Under the pieces are notes generated by a model, which saw nothing but the letters and a program-made list of their open reading frames with translations, had not been told where the DNA came from and searched no databases. 64,000 bases of DNA, from IMG/VR virus record IMGVR_UViG_3300030107_005396. One strand, given 5' to 3'. The position numbers and the translations under genes were made by a program. The stretch is from an uncultured virus (IMG/VR IMGVR_UViG_3300030107_005396). Its lineage: Duplodnaviria; Heunggongvirae; Uroviricota; Caudoviricetes. Shown here one piece after another: positions 7,468 to 17,193 of this stretch (position 1 is the first letter of the stretch; each line of letters begins with the position of its first letter).

Positions 7468-8937
7468 ATGAAACCTGACGAATTAAAAGCAGAAATTGAA
7501 AAGTGTCGGAACGACGCAGCATACTTCATTAAGAATTATGTTTATATTACTCATCCCGTGCGCGGGCGCGTGAAGTTCGACCTCTATCGATTTCAAGAGC
7601 GTATTGTTAACGAATTTGGAAATCATAGGTTTAACCTAATGAGAAAGTTCAGACAGGCTGGCGCCACCACTATTTGTGCCGCGTATGCCTTGTGGTACAT
7701 TATTTTCAATAAAGATAAGAACGTCATGGTCGTGTCTATCGGTGATAGGGAATCGAGGGATTTCTTAGACCGAGCCGTTAGTATGTACGATGATTTACCT
7801 AAGTGGTTAAAACCAAAGGAGATAGAGAGAAACAAACACGTTATTAAACTTTCTACAGGAAGTAAGATTAAATCTCAACCAGCGGGAGCAGGACGTGGTG
7901 AATCAGTATCTTTATTGATTGTGGATGAAGCTGCGTTTATCGATAAGATGACAGAGTTCTGGATGGCAATATACCCCACGATTTCGACGGGTGGTTCAGC
8001 CTTTATCCTCTCCACAGTTAATGGAATGGCAAACTTATATTATGAGCTATATCATGACGCCGAACTAGGAAAAAATAATTTTAATGTTATTAATATCCAC
8101 TGGAGAGAACACCCAGAGTATACTGAGGATTGGTCGGTGGAAACCCGAAGTAACGTAGGAGAACGGGCATGGTTACAAGAATATGAGGGAGAGTTCCTAG
8201 GAACAGGTGAAACTTTCATCGACGGAGGCACTTTGCAAAAAGTTAAAACACAATCTAGCGAAAAATACTATTCCAAATATTACAATATGATGAGAGTGTG
8301 GGAAGAACCTCAACCATATCATACTTACCTGATTGCGGCAGACGCTTCTTTCGGACGCGATAGGGATTATTCAGCATTTCACATTATAAACCTGTATAAC
8401 GGGGAACAAGTGGCCGAGTTTTATAGCAATAGAATTGGTTTAAATGAGTTTGCCGACATTATGGCACAAGAAGGAATTAGGTATAACTTAGCTTTTATAT
8501 GTCCTGAGCGCAACGGACTAGGGTTAGCCTTAATTGAACAGTTATTTGAAGTTCATGAATATGAAAATATGTGGACTGACGATAGAGGAGAGATGGGATA
8601 TCTTGTAAATAACAAAAATAGAGATGGAATTTTAAATTGTTTGCAAGAAAATTTAAAAAGTTCGAAAATAAAACTTAATTCCGAAAGAACATTTAAGGAG
8701 TTAACGACTTTTATAATAAGTAAAACTGGTAAAATTCAAGCAGAAGATGGTTTTGCAGATGATTTAGTAATGAGTTTAGCTATAGGCAGCACGTTGATGG
8801 AGGATATTGTAGGAAAAAGTCCCGTCCCCATCGTAAAAGGAGACTTGGTAGAACCTACCGGGAGAGAAATTTCAACTCCGGGTATTTCCAAGGGTACATA
8901 TAACAGGGACTTCCAAGATTACACAAAATGGATTTAA
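7468..8937 (+). CDS. gp17: terminase large subunit, T4 gp17-like
   Basis: LYRFQ, KFRQAGATT (Walker A), LLIVDEAAFI (Walker B), LSTVNG, nuclease IAAD..G.DYS and DDLVMSLAI. Confidence 0.97.
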   Translation: MKPDELKAEIEKCRNDAAYFIKNYVYITHPVRGRVKFDLYRFQERIVNEFGNHRFNLMRKFRQAGATTICAAYALWYIIFNKDKNVMVVSIGDRESRDFLDRAVSMYDDLPKWLKPKEIERNKHVIKLSTGSKIKSQPAGAGRGESVSLLIVDEAAFIDKMTEFWMAIYPTISTGGSAFILSTVNGMANLYYELYHDAELGKNNFNVINIHWREHPEYTEDWSVETRSNVGERAWLQEYEGEFLGTGETFIDGGTLQKVKTQSSEKYYSKYYNMMRVWEEPQPYHTYLIAADASFGRDRDYSAFHIINLYNGEQVAEFYSNRIGLNEFADIMAQEGIRYNLAFICPERNGLGLALIEQLFEVHEYENMWTDDRGEMGYLVNNKNRDGILNCLQENLKSSKIKLNSERTFKELTTFIISKTGKIQAEDGFADDLVMSLAIGSTLMEDIVGKSPVPIVKGDLVEPTGREISTPGISKGTYNRDFQDYTKWI

Positions 8938-10574
8938 ACGAACAAAATAAAAATAACACCGACGAGAAGCTAAATGAAGAGCTGCTCGATGAAAATGCTG
9001 GGTTCACGTCGTTCCCGGGTTCCAATACTTATGGAGCGGGACCCGCACTATCCGGAAGATTTGCTGCTTTTTTTAAATCTTTTTTTACTACCAAAAAGAA
9101 ACGAGGTCGTCCTTCTACAGTAGACCCTTACAAAGGTGATGTTGTTAAAAACGCTCAAGGCGAAGGCGACGATAATATATCTGGCGCTAGTATGGGGATT
9201 GTTAAAGGTGGGGCTAGACTACCACAGATTGAGTATGAGCGCCGACGTAGATACCACGATTATGAAAAAATGGATGAGTACCCAGAAATTGGGTCAGCGT
9301 TAGACATTTATTCAGATGATGCTACTCAAACCCACCTTGACGGAGAGATGTTGGAGGTTAACACTGAACAACAACTCGTCAAAGACGCGGTAAATGATTT
9401 TGTAAGCGAAACCGATTTAGATAAATTTTTATGGGATATTATTCGTAATATGTGTAAGTACGGGGATTGTTTCGTAGAGAACATCGTAGACATGAATAAC
9501 CCTGATGCTGGTATTCAACGTCTCAAAATACTAAACCCGGTATACATTTATCGTCGGGAAGACCGTTACGGTTATCTCAAAGGATTTATTCAAGAGGTAC
9601 CGGCGTCTACCGCCGAAACCCAACAATACACAAGCATGGGAAGGTTTAATAAAGGTTCAACCATTAACCTAGACCGTAATCAGCTTGTACACTTCCGTCT
9701 CCATACTTCGGATTCTAATTACTATCCATACGGCAAATCAATATGTGCGCCGGGAGTAAGAGCTTGGAAATCATTGCGTATGATGGAAGATGCTATGCTT
9801 ATCTATCGTTTGCATAGAGCTCCAGAACGACGTATTTTCTACATTGATACGGGTAATTTACCTCAAACCAAAGTAGAAATGTTCATGGAAAGAATCAAAG
9901 CTAAGTTTAAGAAAGAAAAGTTCTTTAATAATGATTCCATGAATGCAGACGAGCGTTATAACCCCCTATCTGCCGAGGAAGACTTCTTCGTGCCTATCAA
10001 AAATGGACAGGGTACAAAAATCGAAACATTACCTGGTGCTCAAAACCTAGGTGAGATTGATGACGTGCGTTATTTCAGAGATAAAGTTTTAGCTTCTATG
10101 AAAATACCTAAAGATTTTATCGTAGAAAAAGATAAGTCTCCAGAGCGGAAAGCGAACCTATCTCAATTAGATGCTAAGTTTGCTAAAGCCGTAATGCGTG
10201 TTCAAAGAGACGTAGAGGTGGGTCTTACCACTCTTATTAAACGTCACTTAGAAATTAGAAAATTCCCTAAATCGGCTATTGCTGGACTAAAGATAAGTTT
10301 AGCACCACCATCCGACCTTTCTGAAAAGAGGAAGTTGGAATTAGCGGAACAAAAGGTGAGAGTGGTTCAAGGAGTTAAAGGTCTCATGCTATTCTCAGAC
10401 GAATATATTTATAAGAATTTTTACAATATGAATGACTTGGAAATACAACAAGTTAGAGTGCAAAAGGAAGCAGAGATGGCATCCCAACCTGATGTCCCAC
10501 CTGCTCCTGGCGCTCCGGGAGCTCCTCCTCCTGGACAACCGCCCGAGCAACAACAACCGGCAGAAGGCGTCTAA
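8928..10574 (+). CDS. gp20: portal vertex protein, T4 gp20-like
   Basis: LRMMEDAMLIYRLHRAPERRIFYIDTGNLP, EDFFVP, IETLPGAQNLGEIDDV.YF. Confidence 0.97.
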   Translation: MDLNEQNKNNTDEKLNEELLDENAGFTSFPGSNTYGAGPALSGRFAAFFKSFFTTKKKRGRPSTVDPYKGDVVKNAQGEGDDNISGASMGIVKGGARLPQIEYERRRRYHDYEKMDEYPEIGSALDIYSDDATQTHLDGEMLEVNTEQQLVKDAVNDFVSETDLDKFLWDIIRNMCKYGDCFVENIVDMNNPDAGIQRLKILNPVYIYRREDRYGYLKGFIQEVPASTAETQQYTSMGRFNKGSTINLDRNQLVHFRLHTSDSNYYPYGKSICAPGVRAWKSLRMMEDAMLIYRLHRAPERRIFYIDTGNLPQTKVEMFMERIKAKFKKEKFFNNDSMNADERYNPLSAEEDFFVPIKNGQGTKIETLPGAQNLGEIDDVRYFRDKVLASMKIPKDFIVEKDKSPERKANLSQLDAKFAKAVMRVQRDVEVGLTTLIKRHLEIRKFPKSAIAGLKISLAPPSDLSEKRKLELAEQKVRVVQGVKGLMLFSDEYIYKNFYNMNDLEIQQVRVQKEAEMASQPDVPPAPGAPGAPPPGQPPEQQQPAEGV

Positions 10575-10624
10575 ATAATTAAAAGAGGAAAAATAACCAC
10601 TCTATATAAATTATAGCTTGAATC

Positions 10625-12469
10625 ATGAACTTAAACACTTTATTTAATAATCGTAACAAGAATTTCGCTCGTCTCTCTGAGGCTGGCGATTATCTAGGAC
10701 GCCGCCTACGGGAAAACTTGGTAATTTATGAGATTGATGACAATCAAAATACCGTAACTTACGTAACTGAATCTAATAACTTTATTACGTGTAATTATAA
10801 CGATACGAAAGGTAAACTTACGTTCGATAATTTCGTAGTAGAAAATTTAGAGAAGATTACTTCAGACGAGGCAATAGATGCTCAAGTTAACACAAAGGTC
10901 AATACATTTATGGAAGCCTTGGCAACCGACCGTTATGACACAGCGGAAGCCTCTTTTGATTCCGTCCTCGAATCATTTACGATGAGAGCTAGAATCGAAG
11001 AAAGCCGTAAAAAACTTTCTAAAAGAATTAGCCTTTTCGGGGAAAACTACAACATCACAAGCACTAAAGCTTATAAGAAGTTTAGAGAATCAGCCCCTCT
11101 TTTAATTAACTTTCTAAAAGAAAATGCAGAGGTTCTTCAAAAAGACCGTAAGCTTATTGAAGGGTTACGTTTATCGAAAGTAGTAGGAGAAACTTATGAT
11201 TTACCTAAACTTACGTTAGAATCTATAAATGATGAATTTATTGTAATCCCTCGTAACAGCAAGAAAACCCTATATGAAATGGTGTGCGAAAAAGAATTGG
11301 TTCGCAAGGAGCTGTTAGAAGCTAAAGAATCTTTCGGAAATATGTGGGCTAAGAATAGCAGAATCTCTAACCTAGCCTCCCACATTTATGCCACAGACGA
11401 TACTATTAAAGCTTCGTTGCGTGAAGCTGTAGCAGAAGTGCCTTACATGGCTCTGTCTAACAAGGTAGATTTAGTAAGTGTAATGGATTCCGTGTTCCAA
11501 GTTACTAACCCGGGCAATATATCCCAAAAAGATATTAAAGAGTTCGTAGACAAAATCTATGAGTTTAAGAAGCCTCTTAAAACCATGGTTCTAGAAACTT
11601 TAAACAACGTTTACGGTGTAAACATCCAAAGCCTTCGCTTCATCCCTTCGTTTAAAGGTCTCGCAGAAGTTCAGTCTCAGGTCTTTACTATGATGTCCGA
11701 ACACTCGGAAGAAGGTATTTTAGCCGACGTTCTTAAAGAGTTTGCAGGTTCCATGAACCGGAAAGGTGGAGTTCAAGTGCTTGACGTAGCTAATCACTTA
11801 AGTGAGATAATGGAAGAAGCTAACTTTACGGTAGTTGATATTGATGAAAATTTCCATATGAAAAAACTATGTGATTATCTTGCTCATAATATCGATGAGA
11901 CTCAGTATTACGGTGATGATGACCCTATGTCTACCTCAGGTGGAAATGCAACAACCAATAAAAAGAAAAAATCTAAAAAAGATAAAGATTGGGGCGGTAA
12001 TAAAGGAGACATCAAAGCTAAAGACCGTAAAAAAGATGATGACAGTAAGTTAACGGCTGATGAAAAAGGTGAGGTTGATTACAACAAAAATGACCTTCCC
12101 GGCGACAAACTAACTAAAAAGCAAAGCGATAAAATGGACAAGGATAAGGATGGCGATATTGACGCTAAAGACCTAAAGAAACTCCGTAAAGAAGGTATGA
12201 ATGAAGACCTTGGAAGCGGTAGAGTAGGTCAGGCGGGAGATGAGCCTGAAGGTGCTGAGGAAGAAATGCCTGAAGAGGAACAAGATATGCAAGCTGCTGA
12301 AGACCAACAAGCGGAAGCTGACAGGGAAGCACAGACTGCTGACTTCGAAGAACTTGTAGGGAAAGTAGAATCAATAACCGATGATATTGAAGTAGACCTT
12401 CCAGAAGACGAAGAAGAATCTCTAGAAGCAGAAGAATCTGAAGAAAAGGAAGAAGAAACTAAAGAGTAA
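10625..12469 (+). CDS. probable prohead core / internal protein with EF-hand-like loop and acidic tail
   Basis: Directly after portal; many [LI]-x-E sites; DKDKDGDIDAKD; Glu-rich C-terminus. Confidence 0.55.
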   Translation: MNLNTLFNNRNKNFARLSEAGDYLGRRLRENLVIYEIDDNQNTVTYVTESNNFITCNYNDTKGKLTFDNFVVENLEKITSDEAIDAQVNTKVNTFMEALATDRYDTAEASFDSVLESFTMRARIEESRKKLSKRISLFGENYNITSTKAYKKFRESAPLLINFLKENAEVLQKDRKLIEGLRLSKVVGETYDLPKLTLESINDEFIVIPRNSKKTLYEMVCEKELVRKELLEAKESFGNMWAKNSRISNLASHIYATDDTIKASLREAVAEVPYMALSNKVDLVSVMDSVFQVTNPGNISQKDIKEFVDKIYEFKKPLKTMVLETLNNVYGVNIQSLRFIPSFKGLAEVQSQVFTMMSEHSEEGILADVLKEFAGSMNRKGGVQVLDVANHLSEIMEEANFTVVDIDENFHMKKLCDYLAHNIDETQYYGDDDPMSTSGGNATTNKKKKSKKDKDWGGNKGDIKAKDRKKDDDSKLTADEKGEVDYNKNDLPGDKLTKKQSDKMDKDKDGDIDAKDLKKLRKEGMNEDLGSGRVGQAGDEPEGAEEEMPEEEQDMQAAEDQQAEADREAQTADFEELVGKVESITDDIEVDLPEDEEESLEAEESEEKEEETKE

Positions 12470-12470
12470 T

Positions 12471-12698
12471 TTATTCTACCAAATAACCTTGCTTAGTCCA
12501 GTTAATAATATTACTGACGCAGCCAGAACGAAATACAAGGAGCTGAGATATTAAGTTATCCAGCTCCTTAACCGTTTCTTCGGTTATGGTTTTATCGTTT
12601 TTAATCTGGTTCAGTTTTTCCACCATCATGTTAATTCTATCTTGATGTTGGGGAGTGAATGCGTTTAGTTTTTTCTGTTCTTCTGATTTATTTTTCAT
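12471..12698 (-). CDS. hypothetical protein
   Basis: 75-aa ORF overlapping the uvsW stop; GGAG upstream. Confidence 0.65.
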   Translation of the reverse strand: MKNKSEEQKKLNAFTPQHQDRINMMVEKLNQIKNDKTITEETVKELDNLISQLLVFRSGCVSNIINWTKQGYLVE

Positions 12699-14043
12699 TG
12701 TTAATCTCCAATCCTAAAGATTCATAGGATTTTATTCGCTCCTTGGCGTGTTTTTCTAAGTAAGGAGCACGGTCAAAGAAGTCGTATATGAATACACGGT
12801 TCTTAGATTTATGTATACGTAAAGCTCGTCCTAAAGCTTGTAAAGTAGCAATCTCCGATTTCAACCCTCTAGCGTTAACGAGGTGTGTAATTTCAGGGAT
12901 ATCTATACCTGTTTGCATAATAGTAGTTCCGATAAGAACACTGGACTCAGTATTTTTAAAATACTCAATAGTTTTTTGTCGCACGTTCAAATCGTCTTTC
13001 CCTTCCAACTTAAAAGAGTTGGGGATATTGTCGTGAAGAATCTCAGCGTGTTTTAAGTCTTTTACAATAACCAAAGTTTTGGAAGGTTTTTGTTGTATTT
13101 TTTTTACGAGCTCTGTAATCATATCGTTACGTAACTCATTTTCTGTAATAAACTTTTCATAAACTTCTCGGTAAGAAAGTTCTGTATCTTCTACCGTCCC
13201 TGTATCTTTAACGGGAATGATTTGGATGAGGGGTTTTGTTAAGAATCCTTCATCGATAAGACCGAGAGCATCCACGTCTTTAATAACCTTCCCTAACCCC
13301 GATATTAGATTTAACCGGCTCATAGGGTCTTTAGGAACAGTAGCAGTCATTCCTATTCTGTACGCCGCGTTGGGAAATGATTTAATAACTTTAGTAGCGA
13401 CCTTTCCCTTGGAAAATTCATGGACCTCATCAAAAATAATGAACTCCGAGGAGTTGAGATGCGTATCTATAACTTTGTCAATCGATTGTACGGTGCATAA
13501 AGTTATAGGTTTTATAATAACACCGTCCCCAAAAGCCATTCCTACGTCTAAGCCCCATTTGGTCAGGTCATCATAGGTTTGTTTAAGAAGCTGCTTTTTA
13601 GTAAAAAATACCAGTCCGGTTTTATCTTTCAAAGCTTTGAGGATACCCCCTAACACCAGAGTCTTTCCCGCGCCCGTAGGGGCTTGTAAAATACAGCCCA
13701 TTTCTGAGAGAGCTTGGCGGACCAAAGATTCTTGGTAATCTCGTAAGGTTATTCCGGGCAAAGAGATATTATCTAAATGCGGACAGTCCCTTAAATCTTC
13801 TATTTCGCAGTCGATGCCTAAATAAGTGAGGTCTTCGTAAATATAAGACCATAACCCGGTTCCAAATCTACCTGTTTTGTCGGAGAAAAAATATTTTTCA
13901 CCGTTCCAACCTCTTGTTTTGTAGGCTGCAGAATAGTTATAACCAGGAACCTTAGCGCTATATTTTCTTTTTAGAGTTGACAATAACTTTTTATCGTCAG
14001 TTTTTAAAAAAGAATAATTATTATTTATAATAATTTTTGGCAT
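12688..14043 (-). CDS. uvsW: SF2 DNA helicase, UvsW-like
   Basis: LRDYQ, APTGAGKT, DEVH, GMTAT, TGIDIP, QALGRALR; N-terminal VPGY..GWNG. Confidence 0.93.
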   Translation of the reverse strand: MPKIIINNNYSFLKTDDKKLLSTLKRKYSAKVPGYNYSAAYKTRGWNGEKYFFSDKTGRFGTGLWSYIYEDLTYLGIDCEIEDLRDCPHLDNISLPGITLRDYQESLVRQALSEMGCILQAPTGAGKTLVLGGILKALKDKTGLVFFTKKQLLKQTYDDLTKWGLDVGMAFGDGVIIKPITLCTVQSIDKVIDTHLNSSEFIIFDEVHEFSKGKVATKVIKSFPNAAYRIGMTATVPKDPMSRLNLISGLGKVIKDVDALGLIDEGFLTKPLIQIIPVKDTGTVEDTELSYREVYEKFITENELRNDMITELVKKIQQKPSKTLVIVKDLKHAEILHDNIPNSFKLEGKDDLNVRQKTIEYFKNTESSVLIGTTIMQTGIDIPEITHLVNARGLKSEIATLQALGRALRIHKSKNRVFIYDFFDRAPYLEKHAKERIKSYESLGLEINNEK

Positions 14044-14087
14044 TTTACTATTATAGTAATAATAGTTTATTAACTTAAAATAAAATT

Positions 14088-15011
14088 ATGACAGAAAACG
14101 AAAAAGAGAAATCCTTAATCGATTTGGCAAGAGAGCAAATGGAAAACGCTGGTGTAGACCCTGAACAAGGTTACGTAGCTACGGAAAGACCAGTAACACC
14201 ACCAGCACCTACAGAGAAGCCTGTAGAAGCCCCTGTAACGCCCAAAAGCGACGAGCACGAGGAAATAAAGGAGGCTTTTGATGGCACCGTAGAAAGCACG
14301 GTAGACGCTCTCCTAGCGAACGTGGACACAGACACGGAGTGGAGACCTGTAAAACTTCCTTCTAGAGGGAAGGCTTACGTGGAATGTGAAGAGTCTATTT
14401 ATATTCGACCCTTTACTTACAAAGAAGAAAGAAAACTTCGGAGTATCCGTAAAGCTACGCAAGGAGCTAAAGTTATTAAATCTCTTTTTCAGTCATGTGT
14501 ACGAGGATTAGACTATGACTCGATGACTTTAGAAGATAAATCTTACGTTCTATTCAAACTTAGAGAAATATCTTATGGAGATGAGTATGGAATACAGGCA
14601 ATTTGCCCAGAGTGTGATTCTAAAAATAATCTTACAGTTAATATATCCACCGTTCCTGTAATCTATGCCGAGGACGATTATGAGGAGCCTTTGAAAGTTA
14701 CTCTTCCAGACAGTAAACAAGAAGTTATGTTTATAACTCCTAGGTGTAAGGATGAGCATTATTTTGAGTCAATGGATAAGCTTACAGACAATTTATGGCG
14801 TTTCATGCTTTCCGTAGGAAAATACTCAGACGAACAAATTAAGAAAGCATTTCTTGAAAGAACTACAGTACGGGATATCGCTTTTTTTAGAGAGCATGTC
14901 ACCAAAGAAAGATTTGGGATGAAGAAAAATGTTTCTTTTGAGTGCGCAGGATGTGGAGAGGTGCAGGATACAGTTCTACCTTTTACCGAAAGTTTTTTCT
15001 CAGTGAGCTAA
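14088..15011 (+). CDS. gp26: baseplate hub / tail assembly chaperone, T4 gp26-like
   Basis: KLPSRG, IRPFTYKEE, LFKLREISYG, CPEC, CAGC, C-terminal SFF. Confidence 0.85.
   Translation: MTENEKEKSLIDLAREQMENAGVDPEQGYVATERPVTPPAPTEKPVEAPVTPKSDEHEEIKEAFDGTVESTVDALLANVDTDTEWRPVKLPSRGKAYVECEESIYIRPFTYKEERKLRSIRKATQGAKVIKSLFQSCVRGLDYDSMTLEDKSYVLFKLREISYGDEYGIQAICPECDSKNNLTVNISTVPVIYAEDDYEEPLKVTLPDSKQEVMFITPRCKDEHYFESMDKLTDNLWRFMLSVGKYSDEQIKKAFLERTTVRDIAFFREHVTKERFGMKKNVSFECAGCGEVQDTVLPFTESFFSVS
14993..14999 (+). other. -1 ribosomal frameshift slippery site T TTT TTC
   Basis: In-frame X XXY YYZ heptamer; the -1 frame is open to 15187. Confidence 0.7.
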
Positions 15012-15187
15012 ACTCATTAGGCGACAGTTTAGCTAAAACAGCCTACAATTTAGTAAAACATGGAAGATTTTCTTTCCACGACGTGCTTATTATGACGGGG
15101 GAAGAAAGGAGTGAGTTCATGCAACTGCTCATTGATGAAAATCAGAAAGAGAAAGAACAATTAGACGCCGCGAAGACCTCTAAATAA
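14999..15187 (+). CDS. gp51-like segment, probably the frameshifted C-terminal extension of the gp26-like protein
   Basis: YNLVKHGRFSFHDVLIMTGEERSEFMQLL resembles the small hub-assembly ORF that follows gp26 in T4-like phages; no credible start codon before the conserved part. Confidence 0.7.
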   Translation, partial: LSELNSLGDSLAKTAYNLVKHGRFSFHDVLIMTGEERSEFMQLLIDENQKEKEQLDAAKTSK

Positions 15188-15194
15188 CTAGGAG

Positions 15195-16220
15195 ATGACA
15201 ACTTTCAACGGATATACTGTAATTAATAGGAAGAACCGACCTTCACCTATTAGCCCTGCTAAATTTGATTTCTACTTTGTTAAAAGTGGGCAATACACGG
15301 ACCCTTTTCAGGTGTGTTCCGTTCATATTTTTCCCAATACTCAGTTTGATAACCCTGACCAGTATTTGGATTTAAGTGCCGGGTCGTCTGATTATGGTCT
15401 GGTCAGCTCAACAACTAACAATATGGTTTTCCATAACCAGGGAGTTAATACTGAAATAAATCCCCCACAAGTGTCGGGTTTTGATGCTAGCATGGATAAT
15501 ATGGAAGCTGAGAGTTTTTATAATGCTAATATCCCTATGACGGCTAGTGGTATATTCCGTACAGCGCCCGGTCAATTTCATGTCATCCTACAGACCGGGA
15601 CGAAATACTGGTCTACTTCCGCAACGAGCTTTGGGGACGGACCTCCTTACACAAACAATGCATCAGGCACAGGTGGGTACTTAGATATTTGGACAGTTGT
15701 AGACGCGGAAGGTTCTAAAGCTCAGATATACGTTAACACCTTTAACCTCCAAACTGCAAATGTTTTTGCGGTCACCGAACCGTTAGCGGTTACTACCAAT
15801 AACAAACTTATTCAAAGGTATATCGATGTTGGAAGTAAGAAAAATTTACAAATAAAAACTGAATTAGTGGTAGACAGTGAACCTATTAAAGCAGACTTAC
15901 GCAACCTTATGGAAACGGGAGCATTAGTACAAAATGGAGAAATAGCTATTACCAAACTAAACGAAACGCCCGGAATGGCTTCACGCGTATGGATAACAGG
16001 AACTGAAACACCGGGTCAACCGGACAGCCCTTTTATCAGCACAGGGGTTAATATTGGTCCTGACGGAACTATCTCCTATAATTTCGATACCACCAACATA
16101 ACTCCGTTCTATACTGATGAGAATTTGGGAGGTACCACAGGGGTTTACGAAGTCCAAGTAAAATATAACCTCTTAGATGAGACTATATTAAGTCCTAAAT
16201 TTAAGTTAATAATTCGCTAA
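15195..16220 (+). CDS. putative virion structural protein (beta-sandwich-like)
   Basis: CTAAATA promoter and GGAG; G.YLDIWTV and GVYEVQVKY strands; S/T/G-rich. Confidence 0.6.
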   Translation: MTTFNGYTVINRKNRPSPISPAKFDFYFVKSGQYTDPFQVCSVHIFPNTQFDNPDQYLDLSAGSSDYGLVSSTTNNMVFHNQGVNTEINPPQVSGFDASMDNMEAESFYNANIPMTASGIFRTAPGQFHVILQTGTKYWSTSATSFGDGPPYTNNASGTGGYLDIWTVVDAEGSKAQIYVNTFNLQTANVFAVTEPLAVTTNNKLIQRYIDVGSKKNLQIKTELVVDSEPIKADLRNLMETGALVQNGEIAITKLNETPGMASRVWITGTETPGQPDSPFISTGVNIGPDGTISYNFDTTNITPFYTDENLGGTTGVYEVQVKYNLLDETILSPKFKLIIR

Positions 16221-17193
16221 CATTCAGTTCCCAATCTGCCTTTCTAATATTCTCCTGAACGTAGGAGGAAAACTTTTCGGCTGTCGAGGCTACCCAAAAA
16301 TCATTCCAGTCTTTAAACTCTTTTGGAGGGCATAGACTATACAAATCTTTGTTTCTTTGAGTTAATAATCTCTTTTTAGCCTCCTTAAACCCGTCCCGAC
16401 CACTTTCGTCATTATCATAAGCAATTATCACTTTTTTATCTTTCAATTGACGGGCTTGAACGGTGGACATTTTACATCCTTGAGTGCACGTAGAGTTGAA
16501 TCCAGCTGCACGTAATGACATGGCATCCAACGGACCTTCAGTTACAATTACTGAGTTTAAAGATTTATCAAAAGGGTACAGTATCTCAGATGTTTTTATA
16601 CCGTAAAGGTTTTTACTAGGATTTAGGTATTTGGGGTCCCGATTAATGAGGGTACGAGCCTGAAAATAAAACGGGGCTTTATTTTCTAAATAAGGAATAA
16701 TGACGCGTTGGAAATATCTCCCCTGCTTTCCCACATAAAATTTAAAAGCTCCTAGTTTCCGAGAGAGAGCAAATTTAGATGCAAGACGTTTGAGAAAATT
16801 AGGGGAATTAACGTCCTTCTTCGGGTTCACTTCCAGAAATTCTTTTAAATCACCACTTATAGTACGTTCCACCTCAATAGCTTTATTTTCTACGTTATCT
16901 ACATTAAGGGTAGATACATCGAACAGACTTGCCCCCGCTTCGAAGGACATCTTACGTAGATAAGTTCGAGCCGAGGAATAAGGAACATTTTCAATATGGG
17001 AGATTAGATGAATAAAATTCCCTTTTTCCCCTGACTTGAAATCTGTCCATAACCCAGTATCCATATTTACATAAAGCTTATGCTTAAAATCAGACGTAAA
17101 AATAGAATTTATCCGACATTCGCGCCCTGTTTCCAAATAATTAGGAAATTTTTGGCACAAATAGTCTTTAATAATAACTGGAGGTACATTCAT
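16201..17193 (-). CDS. gp61: DNA primase (DnaG / gp61-like TOPRIM)
   Basis: RVIIPY, FQAR, PKYLN, VTEGPLDAMS, AYDNDESG, KDWND. Start uncertain (17193, 17199 or 17202). Confidence 0.9.
   Translation of the reverse strand: MNVPPVIIKDYLCQKFPNYLETGRECRINSIFTSDFKHKLYVNMDTGLWTDFKSGEKGNFIHLISHIENVPYSSARTYLRKMSFEAGASLFDVSTLNVDNVENKAIEVERTISGDLKEFLEVNPKKDVNSPNFLKRLASKFALSRKLGAFKFYVGKQGRYFQRVIIPYLENKAPFYFQARTLINRDPKYLNPSKNLYGIKTSEILYPFDKSLNSVIVTEGPLDAMSLRAAGFNSTCTQGCKMSTVQARQLKDKKVIIAYDNDESGRDGFKEAKKRLLTQRNKDLYSLCPPKEFKDWNDFWVASTAEKFSSYVQENIRKADWELNVSELLT

Noticed and set aside
14942..14992. ORF-track N-terminus MRRMWRGAGYSSTFYRK for the gp51-like ORF
   Set aside because: It lies inside the conserved Cys-containing end of gp26 and looks like an off-frame read; a frameshift explains the ORF better
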